A program made the translations under genes and the position numbers. A stretch of 64,000 nt of DNA from Vicugna vicugna (lineage: Eukaryota), in the NCBI GenBank assembly GCA_013265495.1, contig MU058883.1:676596-740595 (forward strand). Reading direction: 5' to 3'. Under the pieces are notes generated by a model, which was not told the DNA's origin, ran no database searches, and saw only the letters and a program-made list of their open reading frames with translations. Positions 39,073 through 50,442 of this stretch are shown piece after piece (position 1 is the stretch's first letter; each line of letters opens with the position of its first letter).

Positions 39073-40345
39073 TTTTCAAAACAATTTTTTTTTTTTTACT
39101 GTTGAAGAAGTCAAATCATGAGGCCAAAGTCAGACCACCAGAGGCCCCAAACAACAAAACCAAAGGAAAAAACACTTGATGATTCAAGTTCTCCCTCCAG
39201 GATGCTGAGAAGTCAGCTGGACCCCCTGGAGAGGGCACGGTGACGGTCCAGTTGGGCCTCAAGGGGCCCAGGAATGTGGACCAACTGCATCTGAGGCTGC
39301 GGTCCTTACAGTCAATGCACATTTACTCAGGTGACATCAACCACGTCAGAGAAGAGGACGTAGGTCCCACAGGGTGCCTGGCACCTAACAGGACCCATGG
39401 CAGGTACAAGAATGTTTAACCTCCACTGATTTCAATCGCTTTCAAGTTTTGTCTCTCAAGACTTGAGGGGGCAAGAGCGGCCTTCGCCAAGCCTAAGGCT
39501 CTCACGGCAGGTTGATGGTTGGTGCCTCAGATCGAGAACGGGAAGCTAAAATGATGGAAGCCATTCCGAACCAAACACCGGCTCAACTACTTCAAAACAC
39601 TGCTTCCAAGCACCCTAATATTAAACGTGCTTAATGAGCTCTGCTTGGGGGTGTTTAGAGTGTTTAAGATGATCAAAATATAAACCTAAGCGCGAGGTTT
39701 CATCCGGGACTTCATTGTCCCAGGTTTGCTTCCATAAACGAACACTAAGCCTATTTTGTGGTACATCAGACGAAACCCTAATTGTGACGTCCCCTATCTG
39801 AACAGGGCCTTAAGAAAGTTACCTGCCAAGACGTGACTGCCGGCCCTGAGGCGGACACCGAGCACACGCGAGCTCAGCGCCCGAGGGCTTAAGGCAGCTA
39901 TGAAGCCGAGGATACCCAAACCCAAGACGGAAGGGTAAGCCCTCCTGCTCCTGAAGACTTCCCCTCGTCCCTCTTCCTCCCTGCAGATCTTCACCTGACC
40001 AGGAGCACTGCCCACACAGCACTTCGGGGTCGGGGGCACATGGCGGCCAGGCCGGACGACTTCGCCACTTTCTACAACGCCCTCGTGTCCCCTGCGCTCG
40101 GGGACAGTCTCCGGTCCCCCCTGCGCTGTCGCCCACCAGAGACCCAGGGAACGTGTCTGCTTCAGTCGGGGTGACCTAGGAAGGCTTCCTGCACGAGGGC
40201 ACCCGCGCCGGCCTCGCAGCGAGTACCGGACATCCGCCAGCCTGCAGGCCGCGCCGGGCAGGAAGGACACCCCGGCCGGGTCGGGCATGTCGCGCTCCCG
40301 CCCCGAGCCGCGCCGCCGCAGGGGCTGGGGCGCCCCAGGTCTCAC

Positions 40346-40620
40346 CTAGCGGAAGCGAGGGGCCGCGGCACCCGCCCTCCCCCGCGGGCGCAGGCCCCAG
40401 CCCCGGGCGCACGAAGGCCACGTCCCCGGGGACAGGCGCCCAACTCTATGGTCGCGCACTGGCCCGCCGACCACGGGACCCGCCGCAGCCAATCCAGGCG
40501 AGGCCCTGACCACCGAGACGACGGCGACCCACGGCTAGAGCGGCCCAACCGGGCGGCTCGCCGGTCCCTCGCCGGCCCTGCTCCGGCGCTCCCGGCTCGG
40601 TGCTGCCGCCATCTTCCTGG
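40346..40620 (-). other. HDLBP: Possible additional HDLBP first exon starting near the second YY1 motif
   Basis: AAGATGGCGGC at 40615-40605 and donor CTAG|GTGAGA at 40345. The 5' end is inferred. Confidence 0.35.
40605..40615 (-). promoter_or_regulatory. YY1 motif AAGATGGCGGC
   Basis: Exact match to the extended YY1 consensus (GCCGCCATCTT on the plus strand). Confidence 0.7.
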
Positions 40621-40787
40621 AGGAGCGGACCAGAAGAGAAGGGTCCCCTCCCCACGGTCGCTCCGAACTCTCAGCGTCACCTGCCCTCCCCCCGATCCGC
40701 GTCTCTTCTCCTCACCGTTCATACAGCTCCATCTAAAGAAATGCTCTTCCCCTCATTCTAGTTACCCACAAGGCAAAGACTCATTAC

Positions 40788-40890
40788 CTGTTCCACTCTT
40801 AACCAGCGTAAGGGAACCAAGCTCATAAGGTAGGAACTGTGGCGAAACAGGGACGAGCCGCCATCTTGGTAAAGGAGACGAGGCTACGCT
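40788..40890 (-). other. HDLBP: HDLBP distal first exon (5' UTR); 5' end approximate
   Basis: Donor GAACAG|GTAATG at 40787. Contains a YY1 motif. Its 3' end (...AAGAGTGGAACAG) resembles human HDLBP exon 1 as I recall it. Confidence 0.75.
40857..40867 (-). promoter_or_regulatory. YY1 motif AAGATGGCGGC
   Basis: Exact consensus match just downstream of the inferred HDLBP start site. Confidence 0.75.
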
Positions 40891-40978
40891 TGACCTCCCC
40901 CACCCCCCAGCCTCTATATGGCCGACCGCCGTGGGCGGGGCATGGCGCCTGCGCAGAGGCGGAAACCGCGGACGAGCC

Positions 40979-40990
40979 TGCGCCTGCGCA
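40979..40990. promoter_or_regulatory. NRF1 motif TGCGCCTGCGCA (second partial copy at 40944-40955)
   Basis: The reverse complement TGCGCAGGCGCA fits the NRF1 consensus and lies between the two divergent start regions. Confidence 0.7.
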
Positions 40991-41089
40991 CTCGGAAGCC
41001 GGTGCATGGGGGAGGGAGGCCAGATCACGTTGGGGCAAGGAAAGCGTTGGCAAGGGGGCGGGGCGACGTGATGACGCCATCCGCCTGCG

Positions 41090-41195
41090 CGCGGAGCGGA
41101 GCGGGGCGCGGCGCGAGTGGACGGCGGGCGCTGGGCGGGTCCGCGGCGCGGTCAGTCGGTGGGTCGGTCGGCGCTGGTTCTTCGGCTATTCGGCG
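41090..41195 (+). other. SEPTIN2: SEPTIN2 non-coding first exon; 5' end approximate
   Basis: Consensus donor GGCG|GTGAGT at 41196, inside the CpG island and divergent from HDLBP exon 1. Confidence 0.75.
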
Positions 41196-41347
41196 GTGAG
41201 TGTCTCGCCGTGGTCCCCGCCACCTCGGGGCGCGAGCTGTGGGCCGACGCAGAGGGGCGAGGGCCCGCTTGAGGCGGCGGTCCGTCCGCTCCGGGGGGCA
41301 CGCGGGCCAGGCCGCTCTCACGGTGTGGGGGAGGGGCGGTCGGTCCG

Positions 41348-41483
41348 NNNNNNNNNNNNNNNNNNNNNNNNNNNNNNNNNNNNNNNNNNNNNNNNNNNNN
41401 NNNNNNNNNNNNNNNNNNNNNNNNNNNNNNNNNNNNNNNNNNNNNNNNNNNNNNNNNNNNNNNNNNNNNNNNNNNNNNNNNNN
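41348..41483. other. Assembly gap (136 N)
   Basis: Run of N in the CpG island. Confidence 0.99.
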
Positions 41484-42059
41484 CTCCCCCGCCCCGCCTC
41501 CCCTCCCCCGCCCCGCCCCCGGGAGCTCGGGCGGAGGCGGCGGGGCGTGTCCTGGGAGAGCACGAGTGACTCCTTGCTCGCCCGTTGGGGCTGCGTGGAG
41601 CGGTGTCAGTAATGGGCCTGGGGCGCCGAACGCGGTGGTGATCGTGGTCGAGGAGTAAAGTGTAGGTCTATATAAGGCTGTATAAATGGCGCGTTTTCGG
41701 GTGCGACCATCCCTTGTCGCCCTGACGTGGGCCATTCCGCCCCGCCAGCTCCCGGCCGAGAGTTATTACCCTCGGGAAGTGCTTGCTGCTTGGTTCCTCT
41801 GCAGCCCTCCCTGACGGCAGATAAAACGGGACAGCAGAGGAGGCCCCGGCCTGTGCAGGGCCGAATCCGGAGAACGGAGCTGGGGAGGGGCCCCACTCCC
41901 ACCGCGGCCCGTGATGGGGCCGACGTGTGGCTACCATTGCTCTCAAGAGGCTCCCGGAACCCCCAAGACCTTTACTTTTCCGGCCTCAATTTTTGTCAGT
42001 ACCACCCCCCCATTTGTCTGCCTTTCCTCCGCACGTGGACACATGACCCAACCACGCTG

Positions 42060-42365
42060 AATTTTCAGTTAAGACCGCTGTGGTCTCTCACCTTTGGCTT
42101 TGGTCCAAAGCCTGCCTTCTGTGTGGAACCCAGTTTTCTCTCCACCTTTCGCTTGCCGAGTACTGGCTCTTTTGTTCAGGACTCTGCCCAGGTTAGATTT
42201 CTTCCCCCCGAATTAGGTGTCAGCCTGATGTGAGCCTCTGTTGTTCTGTGTGGTAGTGTCCTCTAGACCTGATTAGTCCTGGGGTGGGGCACTTGTGAAT
42301 TGCTTACTCTTATTGCCTGGCTGGCTACCAACACGCAGTAGGTGTTCAAGTATTTCTTAAAGGAC
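42060..42365 (+). mobile_element. L2 3' end fragment
   Basis: Ends ... ccaacacgcagtaggtgttcaagtatttc, typical of the L2 terminus. Confidence 0.55.
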
Positions 42366-43979
42366 GGAAATCAGTGTCATACCTCAGGGTCAATTTAATA
42401 CTGCAGAGCAGCCTTGCTGCGGTAGAGAGAGATGTGTGATGGCCCAGGGGTCATGCAGGCTGCTCTTCTGGGGTTTGTAGTTGATGTTCGTGGTTTTTGT
42501 TTTTGGTAGCTCCCAGCCAGTGTCCTCACTCACAGTGAACCACGGCAGTGACTCCTTGGCTATAAGGTTTTCTTCCGTTTTCCATCCTGGTCTCTGAGGG
42601 CTGCAGCTCAGGGTAGAGTCAAGGGCTTTTCAGTCGGGTCAGATTTGTGCCCTGACTGCTCTTGAACTAGCAGGGCGGCCCAGAGAAATGGCGACGGGGT
42701 GGGTGGGAACCTCCCTCTGTCATCTTCTTAAATGTGATTCAGGTCCCTTTATATGCCCACCTCTAAAGACAAACTGTGGGAAAAGGAAGAGTTCTTTTTG
42801 TTTTTTCCCCAGAGAGAAGGGGTCACCAAAACTCATTAGGCAGCAGGATTGGGGTGAAGCCAATTATATATCCTTATGTATCACTCTTTGTGCTGATGGT
42901 GACATTGTCACTGCAGAAAACTCACTGGATCTCAGATGCTGCCGCCAGTAACGTTGAGGGCGTCTGTGGTGTGCTGTACCTGTTCCTCACATCCAGGTAC
43001 TCTGAGTGCCGGGTGCTCCAAGGGCCCTCCAAGTGCCCCTCTGGGTCCTACACTGCAGAGTTGTTTTGTGTGTGTAAATACAAGAATAACATGTAAATGA
43101 ATGGGGGTTATGAGGACCACTACCATACTTACATGCCATTAGTGAAGTAAGTTTATATTACTAAGGATCCAGTTTTATCTATCTTCATCTTTTGTTTTGG
43201 AGAAGTTGATTTCTTCTGTGTGGGTTGAGGGTAGTATTGCTCTGTGGAAGGAGGAGGCCATGAGACAAGGAGAAAACACTTTTAAACAGTTTCTAATACC
43301 TAGAATGAAGACAACCTGAAAGTGTGTATTTTTCATTTGCCCAAATTTCTGAGGTTTGGGAATCCGATCTGTATCCAAGATTTAAATTAATCACAGTGCT
43401 TGGCATGTTGTGTTGCTGGATCATGGCTTTCTCACTGAAAACAAGGCCTTTCTGAAGTGCAACGTTCCTTTTTCAACTTTCACTCTTTAATTTGTTAATA
43501 ACTTATTAATCAGTTAATAACTTAAACTGTTGGAAAACCATAGTGGATCCTAATTATATTTTGGGGGAAAAAACCTAAGTATGAAAGAAATAGGATGTGG
43601 CAAGAGAAACTTGGTAAAGTTAAACCAAAGTTGAAGTGAGTGTCTTTTAAGAATTTATATCCTGTTACAATAATAGGATTCTCCATTTTCCCATATGTGT
43701 GCATCACGTTAGATCTCAAGTGGGATGAAAGTTACAGGGAGGAGTGAATGTGCCCTTCTCCCCTATGGACACCCCCAGTCCCAACTGAACAGGGTAGGGG
43801 TGCAAGGTACAGGACTGTCAGGGTGCTCAGGTGATGTTGGATGGAGCACAGTCGGCCCAGGGCTCCGTGAGGAGCGGTCGCACCAGAGAGACCTCGGTGC
43901 TAGTCCTGTGCCCTGCTGGGTGGGTTGAAATCAGATGCGTATCTGGTAAGACAGGAGCTGCTCCTTGTTTCTGTCCTGA

Positions 43980-44295
43980 GACTCACTGCAATGTCAGGAT
44001 CTTATTTGGAGCCTGATTCGAATGAATGAGAACAACGAAAGAGAGAAATATGAACACTGAATGTTTTGATATATTAGAGGACTGTTGTCAGTGTTCCTTA
44101 CGATAATGGTTTATCACTTTTAGTCCTTATCTTTAGAAATGTTTTCTGGTATTCATCATCAGGGACTGGCGGCAGTGGCTGAGGGTATTTTTGAAGCAGT
44201 GTTGGTGCTGAGTTGGTTATTGTTGAACCTGGATGATAGGTGGTGCGTGGGGGTTTTGTTCTGCTTTTGTACACGTTTAGAATTTTTCATTGTCG
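43980..44295 (+). mobile_element. L1MC-type 3' end fragment
   Basis: ttatttggagcctgattcgaat ... gtccttatctttagaaat ... ttattgttgaacctggatgatagg ... ttttgtacacgtttagaatttttcat. Confidence 0.55.
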
Positions 44296-44349
44296 TAATG
44301 GGCATCCCTGCCAATTTAGTGATTGTAATTCAAACAACTTAGCATTCGG

Positions 44350-46660
44350 TTGTTTAGAGAATAGCATTTGCCATTGGTTTTAGGAAATAGCCTATATTAT
44401 AAAGCAGTTTTCTTATTTAGTGTTTTTATTAGAGTTGGTTGCTGAATTTTATCATGTACATCTTCAGCATCTATTCGTGTATAGTTTTCTCCTTTAACTT
44501 GAGTTAGCAGCTTGTATTGATAGATGCTTTGGGTATATTCCTGGTATTTAATTGCGAGCAAGTATTTCATTGAGAATTTTTGCGTTTGTAATTCACAAGT
44601 GAGGTTGACTTACAGCCAGCCAACTTGCTTGCTTCTCCATGTGGGTTTGTAGGTGAATTGTGCTGTCTTCATAAAATAAATTGGAGTGCTTTCCCTTTTT
44701 CTGTAGTAGCTTAAGTGACTTTGGTGTTACCTATTCTGGGTACCTATTTCGACTCTAATTCTGTCCCGTCTTGCTCCCTTTTTCATTCGTAACTCTTTAT
44801 TCAGCTGTTCCGTGGTGTTTGCTGTAGGCAGATTTTCAGTTCTGGATTTCACTGTGGTAATTTACAGTGTCCAGGAAATCATCCATGTCTCCCAGATTTT
44901 CAAGTTTGTGGCCATCTTGATAAATGTGGTTGCCTGTGTCTGTGATTATATCTTCTTTTCTGTATTTGCTCTTTTTTTCTTAGTGGAACTTGTGAGGAAT
45001 TTGTTTCAAAGGTTCAGCTTTTGGATTTATGTACCCTTTATTGAGTTACTTTCTGTTTCTTTTATGTTCAGTGTGCCTCAATAGTGAAAATATGTAAAAG
45101 CTACATTTTCATCTGAGTCTGTGTGGCTTGTACTGTGTCCTTTCCCAGAGCTTTCTGGGCAGCTTGTGGTTTTGCTCCTTGATCCAAGAGTTATCCTGGA
45201 ATGTTGTAAATAACTTAGGTTATTTTTTATCTTTTTTCCCCTTTAGTTTTAACAGATCATGATTTGAGAACACTGACTAAAAAGTATGTTAAAATTTGGG
45301 TAGTTCTTTACAGCAGTTACATGATAATGAAAATTTTTAATCTTTAACTGCTTTTCTATATTCTACTGACGCAAGATTTTCCATATGTGTTAATTCAGAT
45401 TCTCTGGTGGTGGCGGTGGGTGCTCAGTCCTCCTCTGCCCTCGCTGGTACTGTCCGCTGAATCTGTCCAGTTCTGAGAGAAGCTATTAAAGCCTCCCACA
45501 CAAATTGTACTTTTTTCAAGTTCACCTTGTATTTTTCCTAGTCTTCGTTCTGTGTATTTATCTGCTGTAAGTATTCATGGATGCAGGTTTATAAATGTAT
45601 TATCTTTGTAATTGTTCCTTTTATCATGACCACATTTCCTTAAATCCTACCTTGGTTGGTAGTAACAATGTCTCTGAGTCTCTGTTTGCACTAGCTTGGT
45701 ATCTCTTAGCCTGTCCCTTTGTTTTCAACATTTTGGGGGCAACTTTGTTTTAAGCACATTTCTTCCACATAACATATAGCTGGTTTTCTGGCTCATCCCT
45801 GCTGCACCCCGCCATCTCTTCTTATGAGAGAATTTGTTTCTTTCCCATTTACACTGATAACTGGTATTCTTGAATTTTTCTCGTTTCTTTTCCATATTTT
45901 TTGCTGGTTTGATAAAGTTGCTGTTCCATATTTTTCTCCTAATTTGTAAGTAAAGTTTCTAATGGCTACATTTCCTTTTCTTCCATAGTCAGATACTTAC
46001 CTCTTTATTGTTTGAAAACAAGGTGTTAGCTGCTGCTTCTGCCACAACCATCTGTATTCCAAGTGTCTGCTCCCTTCTCCCTTTTGAAAATTTTACTTCT
46101 CTGCTTTCACTCTTGCCCAGAAATCTTAGGTTTTGCTGAGGACGTTTAGTATTTTAAATTCTGGACTATAAATAATATTATCCTAGGATGTCCCTACTCT
46201 TCACGAGACCTTAATTCACTCCTGTGAAATGCACCTTAATGCACAATCCCAGATAGACTGGTCTTTGCTCTTCTCAGGAAAGTTTTCCTCTGTTACTACT
46301 ACTCTCTTTTTTCGCCATCTGTCCCTTTTACCTTCACTTTCTGTTAACAAGGCAGATTTCCTCCAGATGTCTCTCGAGGCCATCTTATACCCATGGTTTC
46401 CTTCCCTGTTGTTCTTGTGCACTGAGATTTCTTATATCTGGTTTTCCAAGTCACATTTCAAGTCTCAACTGACTTTTCATTCAATTCAACTACCAAAGTC
46501 TGAGATTGAAAATCATCGTTTTTAGATCCAGATAGTTTTCTTTGTTTTAAATAATGCACTTGCATCTTCATCATGGTGATGTTACTTTCTTGGTTCAAAT
46601 GATTGTCTTTCTCCTTCTGCACCTTGCCTGTTAAGCTCTTCTTGGAGGCAAGAAAATGAG
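44350..46660 (-). mobile_element. Decayed L1, antisense to SEPTIN2; boundaries approximate
   Basis: T-rich with reverse-complement L1 ORF2 phrases (gtatttcattgagaatttttgcgt, ataaaataaattggagtgctttccc, ttattgagttactttctgtttc). Confidence 0.6.
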
Positions 46661-47697
46661 GGCACAGACACAAGGAACCCCGTCACCTTAACCCTGAGGT
46701 CCTCACCCCCGGAGCTCTGCTCCCACGGTCTTCCGAGATCTATGCTGTTCTTTTCCTACCTTTCTGGTTCTCCCAGTTCATCTTGCTTCTCTTGCCTGGC
46801 ATCCCTACTTTCCTGTGAGCTTGCCTTAATTCTGCTTCCTTGTCCTAAGCGTTTTGGACGCTCAAGATGGAGCTTACCTGTCTCCTCCGTCAGCAGTAGT
46901 CCTTCCTCTGCACTTTCTGCTCGCCCTAAGTAATGAGCGTTGTAGCAAGAAGCCGTTCACAGGGTCCTCTTCCTCTTCCCCTCTTCTGCCGGACAGATGA
47001 GAGTAAAGGGCCCTGGAAGGGGAGCCAGGACCATAACCCTTACCTTCTGTGCCGTGCTATCTCATCTTAACCTTGGTTGGACATTTCCATTCAAAAAGGA
47101 AACCTGGGGTGTGCAGTCTTCAGGAATGTTACAGCCTCAGGGAAATGGGGAAGCAAGAAGGTGAAAGCAGCTTTCTGAGAAGTTCCTCAGCACCAGGAGG
47201 AGTCACAGAGGCACCCGCCTTGACTTTGTCCTTTCCCCCTGGACGTGGTTCACAGGTCTGGCTCTGTGTGCCCAGCATCCAAATCCAGTCCCTGGTGCTG
47301 GGGTTCTCCAGCAGGTGGCAGGCTGCCTCACAGACGCCCTTCCTGAAAAGCTGAGGGTTTCCAGAGAAAAAGGAAATGAGAAATTCCGGTGGTTGTGGAA
47401 ATTTATGTTGTTCTCCTATTGTGTATCTAGTGCCTGACATATAATCAGTACTAGAAAAGGTACTGCTGAGGGTATGGAATGAATGTGTGTGTGGAGGGGG
47501 TTGATTTCAGTAGCTTAATTTTTATGTCTAATTTATCTTCATAATAAGAGGTCATCATTTCATCATTTCTGGGGCAGTATTTGATGTAATGAGAAGCTGA
47601 GTGAAACAAGCTAATGATGCCTCACATGTGAGTCTTTTTACTTGTTGATTCATGTGTGTACACATATCGATACATACGTATGTTTTCTTTTAAACAG

Positions 47698-47722
47698 ATT
47701 GACGACACTTCATTCACTAAAG
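47698..47722 (+). other. SEPTIN2: SEPTIN2 exon 2, 5' UTR part
   Basis: Acceptor ttttcttttaaacag ends at 47697, followed by 25 nt before the ATG. Confidence 0.75.
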
Positions 47723-47731
47723 ATGTCGAAG
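47723..47731 (+). CDS. SEPTIN2: SEPTIN2 start, MSK (9 nt)
   Basis: AAAG-ATG-TCG-AAG then donor GTAAGA. Joins in phase 0 to QQPTQF in the next exon. Confidence 0.93.
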
Positions 47732-49104
47732 GTAAGAGATCACACTTTGTCATGTGTCTGCACCATAAGGAGAAACTGCTTTGTGTTTTCAGACTGTTTA
47801 TAGTCCAGAGTTACATGATTTATTATTTTTAATACAACTGATATGTTTGATTCATTAAGACAAAAGAGTTCTAATTTAATTGTCGTTCTAAAAGCTGTGA
47901 GCTTTCTTTTTTCAGATTTCTAATTTCTTGTTTCTGAAAACATTAATGATAATCCATTTAGCCTCCTTGGCTCATTCCCAACAGACCGATCAAATAATAA
48001 TTTAAAAATTCTAACAGTTGATCGAGATGAAGCAAATGGAGCTCTCAGACGTGATACATTGGCCTATGTCAGCTCTTGCAAATTAGCCTAGAGCCCTGAA
48101 AGGAATTCGTTCTACAAGACATGCTGAGATAGGCAGAATTTGTGGTTAAAATTGCAAGATTATTATTTCCCTTTGCCTTTTATTTTAAAATCTTTGAGTG
48201 TTTGTTACTATGATGCAGAGTCATCGTAGTTTTTGTGTGGAACTTTGATAAGCAAAAAAGAAAATAAAAATTAGCCACAATTTTGTTATTGAGAAATAAC
48301 CGCTAGTAACACTCTGTGAACATTCTTTTTACACCTGTGTGTGTGCTTGTGAATATACGTTTACAAAAGGAAATCCTAAAGGAAATGCTGTTTTATACCT
48401 TGTCTTCACATCTGATGAATCTGCTGTGTCTTTTTCAATTCCCTCCCATGTTGAGCTCAGCGCTGCCCGGCTCCATGGCTTCCCTGCATCGGCTGGGTGC
48501 CCCCGCTGTGACTCCTGTCAGGCGGCAGGCGTCTGTCTCAGAGAGCGCTGACCGCCAGCTGTGGCCCTGTTCCCACTCTCCGTCTCCCTTCTCCTGGTCT
48601 TTGAAGCTGGATGCTCAGCATCCCGCCCCTCGGTTGCCTGCCTCACCTTCGTGGGGCTCGGTTCCTTGGAGCTGGGAATTCAGCTGGAGACGGGGCTTTT
48701 TCCGGCTATTTTCCCAAATGCACCACTTCTGATACCTGAAGTCTATTTTTAGAAGCTATTCTTTAGCTAAATTTGTTGGCTGGAACCACTGTCAGCTGTG
48801 GCTTTGCTTTGTAAAGTTGACTGAATTTTCTTTAGCTCTATAAACAGTTTCTCAAGTCAGAATTTGACGTAAGTGAATTGAAGATTCATCTTCTGTGTTG
48901 CTTCATTGCTTAACAGGAATGTTATTTTAGGTCAGCATATAGGCATGAAATGATACTGAATGGGTTTTTCTTCTTTTTATAAATGCTTTTAAGTTAATAC
49001 CATCAATTTTCTGATAGAAATGACTCTGGATCTATGTTTGGCACAGTATCTTACAGGCAACTAATAAGGTGTGTGTTCTTTTTTTGTGTGAAATACTATT
49101 TTAG

Positions 49105-49225
49105 CAACAACCAACTCAGTTTATAAATCCAGAAACTCCAGGCTATGTTGGATTTGCAAATCTTCCCAATCAAGTTCACCGAAAATCAGTGAAAAAAGGT
49201 TTTGAGTTCACACTGATGGTGGTCG
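49105..49225 (+). CDS. SEPTIN2: SEPTIN2 exon 3 (121 nt), [40 protein letters not shown]
   Basis: ttag acceptor and G|GTAAGA donor. Septin N-terminal helix and polybasic region. Confidence 0.98.
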
Positions 49226-49446
49226 GTAAGAAATTAACTCAAGTTTATTAAATTTGTAATTATCTCCCCTTCCCAATCAGTAGATTGTAATAGCATGACC
49301 TGTAAAGTCAAAGGGAAAATTCCTTTGTTGGCAGAATCAAATAACTTAGGAATTTAGTGGGGGAAATTCTTTAGAAAATTTTGCTGAAGAGCAAAGTTAT
49401 AACTTCTGTCATTTCTTATTCATATGTCGTGGAAGTTTTACTCATT

Positions 49447-49885
49447 GTGACAGCCAGCCTCTGAAGTGGCCCCAAGTGTTCCTTACCTCCTGGAATTCAC
49501 GACACTTTCTGGTCCCTCCCACACTGAGTAGGGCTTCCTGTTTAGCCAGCAGGACACTGCAGAAATAGGTGTGTGACGTCGTGACTGGGTCACAGAACCT
49601 AGTGGCTGCGCCTTGCCTTGTCTTGAATCAGTTACTCTGGGGGACACTCAGGCAGCCTCCCAGAGCGTCCCACAAGGCAGGGAGCTGTGGCCCATCCCAG
49701 AAATGCCATCTGAGCCCAGGGAAGCTGATGCTGCCATCCTGGCTGATGGGCTGTTACCGCAGGACTGGCCCTCACACCACAGCCACCCACCTTAGACACT
49801 CCCAAACTCCTGGCCCAAAAATCTGTCACGCAATAAATGTTTGTTGTTGGTTTAGGCCTCTGAGTTTTACAATAATTTGTTACAC
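49447..49885 (+). mobile_element. MLT1E/F-type solo LTR
   Basis: tgtgacagccagcctctgaagtggccccaa ... cccaaactcctggcccaaaaatctgtcacgcaataaatgtttgttgt ... taatttgttacac. Confidence 0.8.
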
Positions 49886-50442
49886 TTTAAAAATGACTTG
49901 TTTATTTAATATTAATAAAAAGTAACTCAGGGTTCTTTGGTGGGTTTATTTCAAGCAAGGAACAGTCCTTGCTGCATAAATTTTAAGCGTGATTTCTTCA
50001 AGTCTTTTGAAATGGAGTGATTACCTGAAATTATTTTCTGTTACACCAGGTATATTTTATCATGGACTGTAGCATGCACGTGTTTCAGCATGTCCATGAC
50101 CAGCTTAATTTGATGAACTGTTAATTCAGATCACATTTTCATTCTCGATAACCACAGAATTCTCAAAAACGATGAGGTAGCTGTGAGAGGAGCTTGATGG
50201 GCTGGTCGTGTGTGCGAGGACAGGTGGTTGTTTCTTGGGGCGAGTAGTGGACAGATCTGAGGTGGGAGGGACTGTAGGGCCCTTGGTCCAGAGAAGTGCG
50301 TGGAGACAGGTTTTAGGGGCACAGTTACATGACGGTGGTGGCGCAGGTGGAAAAGGGATGTGCAGTGCAACCTAGCGCCTGGCTGCTTGGCTTTAGAGGA
50401 TTCAAGACCAACCACTTCTACTTCTGGCATGAGGGGATAGCT

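Larger units (their letters stand above)
39990..41930. promoter_or_regulatory. CpG island, HDLBP/SEPTIN2 bidirectional promoter
   Basis: Dense CpG with divergent first-exon donors on both strands. Motifs: YY1 (40605-40615, 40857-40867), NRF1-like (40944-40955, 40979-40990), ETS CGGAA cores, CRE-like GACGTGATGACG near 41065, CCAAT near 40489. Confidence 0.93.

Noticed and set aside
39794-41946. Many overlapping ORFs (up to 257 aa) at the bidirectional promoter
   Set aside because: Same CpG-island artefact; no recognisable protein, and some span Ns.
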